Positions 61,449 to 64,000 of a stretch of DNA of 64,000 bases are shown one piece after another; position 1 is the stretch's first letter, and each line of letters opens with the position of its first letter. The DNA lies in NCBI GenBank assembly GCA_043228905.1, contig JBHGNT010000009.1, forward strand, positions 5,332,001 through 5,396,000. Direction: 5' to 3'. The DNA comes from Azolla caroliniana (taxonomy: Eukaryota; Plantae; Polypodiophyta). The translations under genes and the position numbers were made by a program. The notes beneath the pieces were generated by a model, which did not search any database, was not told where the DNA came from, and saw nothing but the letters and a program-made list of their open reading frames with translations.

Positions 61449-62008
61449 TGATAGGAACTAGCGTGGAAGTATTGCTCGGCCACAACTGAGTCTCAAATCA
61501 CTTTATGAAGGAACAAACACAGAAATGGGAAATAGGTATGATGAATGCACGTACACAAAACGATAGAGAACACAAGATGTTTACGTGGAAAACCCTAATC
61601 GGGAAAAACCACGGGAGCCCACGGACTCCGAACTATCACTATATGAGAGGAAATACAAAGTGGTAACATAGAGGCAACGACCTTGTGCTTGCGATCTTCG
61701 CCAGACGGTGGTTACAACAGGAAGTGCTCGTAGCTACTCTCTATCTCTCTCTCTATACAACAATAATAACAACACTCCTCTTCTTTTGTGATTTCCCTAA
61801 GTCATATTTATACTCACATGACCTTAGGGCTATTTATAGATATAGCCTCAATGAGTTTACTCTAACATATTTACAAATGTGTGTCTTGGATCCGGTTTGC
61901 ACCGGATCCATCCGGATTCACTCGATCCGGTTTCTGGGTCTCATCTGGAACCCTTCCGGATCCGGTTCCTTCATCCGGATTCCATCCGGAGGGACCGAAT
62001 TCCCAATA
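61449..62008 (-). repeat. 5' LTR of element A
   Basis: Homologous to 24423-25011. The terminal CA on the + strand has mutated to TA at 62007-62008; the TSD GCATG follows. Confidence 0.9.
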
Positions 62009-62699
62009 GCATGTGCATATAGCCATTGAAGTAGTAATGTGTGTGTATAAGTTGGTAGGTGCACTAATTGTGTGGGTATGAAACTATTCATACAAATACG
62101 TACATGAGTGTGTGTAAACAGGTTGGATGTAAGGCTTCAAAAAACAACTACAAGTGGCAGTAGGTGGCGACAACGTTGAGGATTGATTGCGAAAATTGAC
62201 TCAATGTGTAGATGGTGGCAATGGTGATGACAATGGATGGCTAGTGGCAACAGACGGTGGTAGGTGGCATGGTTGTAGAGGTGACGACTTGTCACATGGT
62301 TGGACAAAAAGGTTCTACTTTCGACTCTAGTCAAAGTCGAAGGCTCAAGTTTTAAAATTTTATAGCTTTATAAGCTTGGATTTCTAAATTGAAAATTCAT
62401 GCACGATCCTTGCTTGAAAGTAAATAATATTAGACAATAGTTTTAACAGAACCTATATAATTATATAATAATCAAAAGAAGAATTACAATGAAGGCTCAT
62501 AAACTAGAATCAGATATTGCAATGAGTAACAACTGTAGTCCATTACATGGAGTGGATTGAAACCATGCATGTGCTCCCTTTCCATTCCATTTGAGCATTT
62601 CAACATTTATACATTGAAGATCACTTGCCTTTTGAGAGGCCAATTTCTTAAGTCCTACATGCATATACCTTCAATTGTAAAGAAGGAGACATATGTGAA

Positions 62700-64000
62700 A
62701 GAGAACCCTAACTCATCATCTTTTCGACAAGAGATAGCTCATATAAATTCTTACAATGCATAGACAAGTAAAGAAGAGTTAAGTCACCATAACTCGACAT
62801 GTTTGCCCTTTACATTTCCCCAAATTTAGCATATGCATGTGCTTTCTCTTGCGTTTGGAGAAATTGTTGAGTAACTTCCCATAATATTCTTCTCTTTCTT
62901 TGAATAAGCCTTTTATACTCATACAAATGCTTTTGGTAATTTTCTTTATCCTTGACTACATCCAAAATCATAAGGCACTTTCGAGCTTCATGACATTCTT
63001 TATCAAACCATTTTTTCTTTGAACTATGTTTCTTGGTGCATTTCCAAGATGTGTGCTTGGCCGAAAAACATTTGTTTGTGCATGAGAGAATGACTTTCTC
63101 AAAAGCTTTCAATTTGCATTCTAGTGTGGCACCATCTTGTATCTTTGTTATTTGTAACATATCCTCAATAATCTTGGAATACATGGCCGCTCGCTTAAGG
63201 TTCATGCTCAAGTGCGATTGTTTATTATCGTAAATTATGGCCTTCTCCCAATCAAACCTATACATACATTTGAGGTCAATGCATAAAGTCCTATGGTCAG
63301 ATTCCAATGTCCATTCACTAGTTGAGAATTTAGGTATATGATCCAAAATACCTTCGGAATGTAGCACATAGTCAATCACACTATTTCCATTGTGTTTTCT
63401 ACATGTGAAACACTTAATAAGCAATCCGATACTATTGCACGAACTTCCCAAATTTGTCTAGACCTCTAGAATAGCTGTTATACATTTATATATCCTCTTG
63501 CATCCTTGGGATATGTGGCATAAAATATTGTTGTGCATCAAGTTGGAAACTTCTTGTATGGCATTCATGACACCATAGACAATAACCACTGCTTTGGATT
63601 TGAAATAAGCAATATCATCTTCTAAATTGACAAAAGGTTGATATTCATCCAAACACGCACAAAAGTTAGAATCTTGACAAGGAATTTAACATCCAACTGC
63701 AAAAGTGGGCAAGTCATTAGGTGTTTTTATTTTAAGCCATATGTAGCATTTATGTCCATCATTTTTTATGATTGACCGTCTTAATCAAACATGTCACTTC
63801 TCCTTGTCCTCTTCGTTGTCTTGGATTTTTTGCCCATATCAAAGAGTGTATATTATTGTTTCCTAAACCTTGAATCCTTTGAGTATCATGCTCCCATTTT
63901 TCAACAGAATGTGATATCCGAGTCATCGATAAACTCCTTTATGCCAAATCCCCCATTCCATCGGTATCCATTGCAATTCCAAAAGCATAGTTGTAGAGAG
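62700..64000 (-). mobile_element. Degenerate LINE (APE endonuclease and linker), continuing beyond the window
   Basis: FTCRKHNGNSVIDYVL...SDHR (APE motifs) and KKWFDKEC in ORF 62810-63451, with stops and frameshifts. Confidence 0.75.

Larger units (their letters stand above)
24423..62008 (-). mobile_element. Element A: Ty1/Copia (Tork/Tnt1-like) LTR retrotransposon, outermost host of the nested cluster
   Basis: LTRs 61449-62008 (5') and 24423-25011 (3'). TSD GCATG at 24418-24422 and 62009-62013. PPT complement AACTCCCCCTTC at 25012. Coding pieces rejoin across insertions: gag-PR 61441-60054, INT 56073-55803, INT-RT 42935-41727, RT 29298-~29160, RT-RNase H 25726-25012 (HSRTKHIQRRYHWLRE). Confidence 0.93.

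Noticed and set aside
61420-61830. Self-priming as the explanation for the missing PBS of element A
   Set aside because: The sequence after the LTR is not complementary to the region downstream of the LTR TATA box.

Overview
Plant nuclear DNA, probably from a non-seed land plant such as a fern. That is an inference from the Tcn1-type chromoviruses, the tRNA-Trp-primed Gypsy elements and a PLS-PPR relic. The first 24 kb holds two divergently transcribed, intron-containing cell-wall genes: a 17-exon GH51 alpha-L-arabinofuranosidase (minus, 455-6604) and an 8-exon QUA2/PMT4-5-clade pectin methyltransferase (plus, 19871-23297). Between them lie about 13 kb of decayed sequence: a RecQ-like helicase relic, a PPR fragment, a LINE tail and a telo-box/G-box-rich block. 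Positions 24423-62008 are one old Tork-like Copia (element A, TSD GCATG) into which six more LTR retrotransposons are nested up to three levels deep; most have LTRs, TSD, PBS and PPT resolvable to the base. A LINE endonuclease relic ends the window. The most notable signals are: antisense tRNA-like Pol III A/B-box modules in the U3 of two unrelated Gypsy LTRs; a perfect heat-shock element and a self-priming site in a Tcn1 LTR; a -1 frameshift pseudoknot placed after the protease in a tRNA-Trp-primed Gypsy with a 4-bp TSD; a related gag-only element; and tandem 18S rRNA fragments in an intron. All alignments and counts were made by eye.
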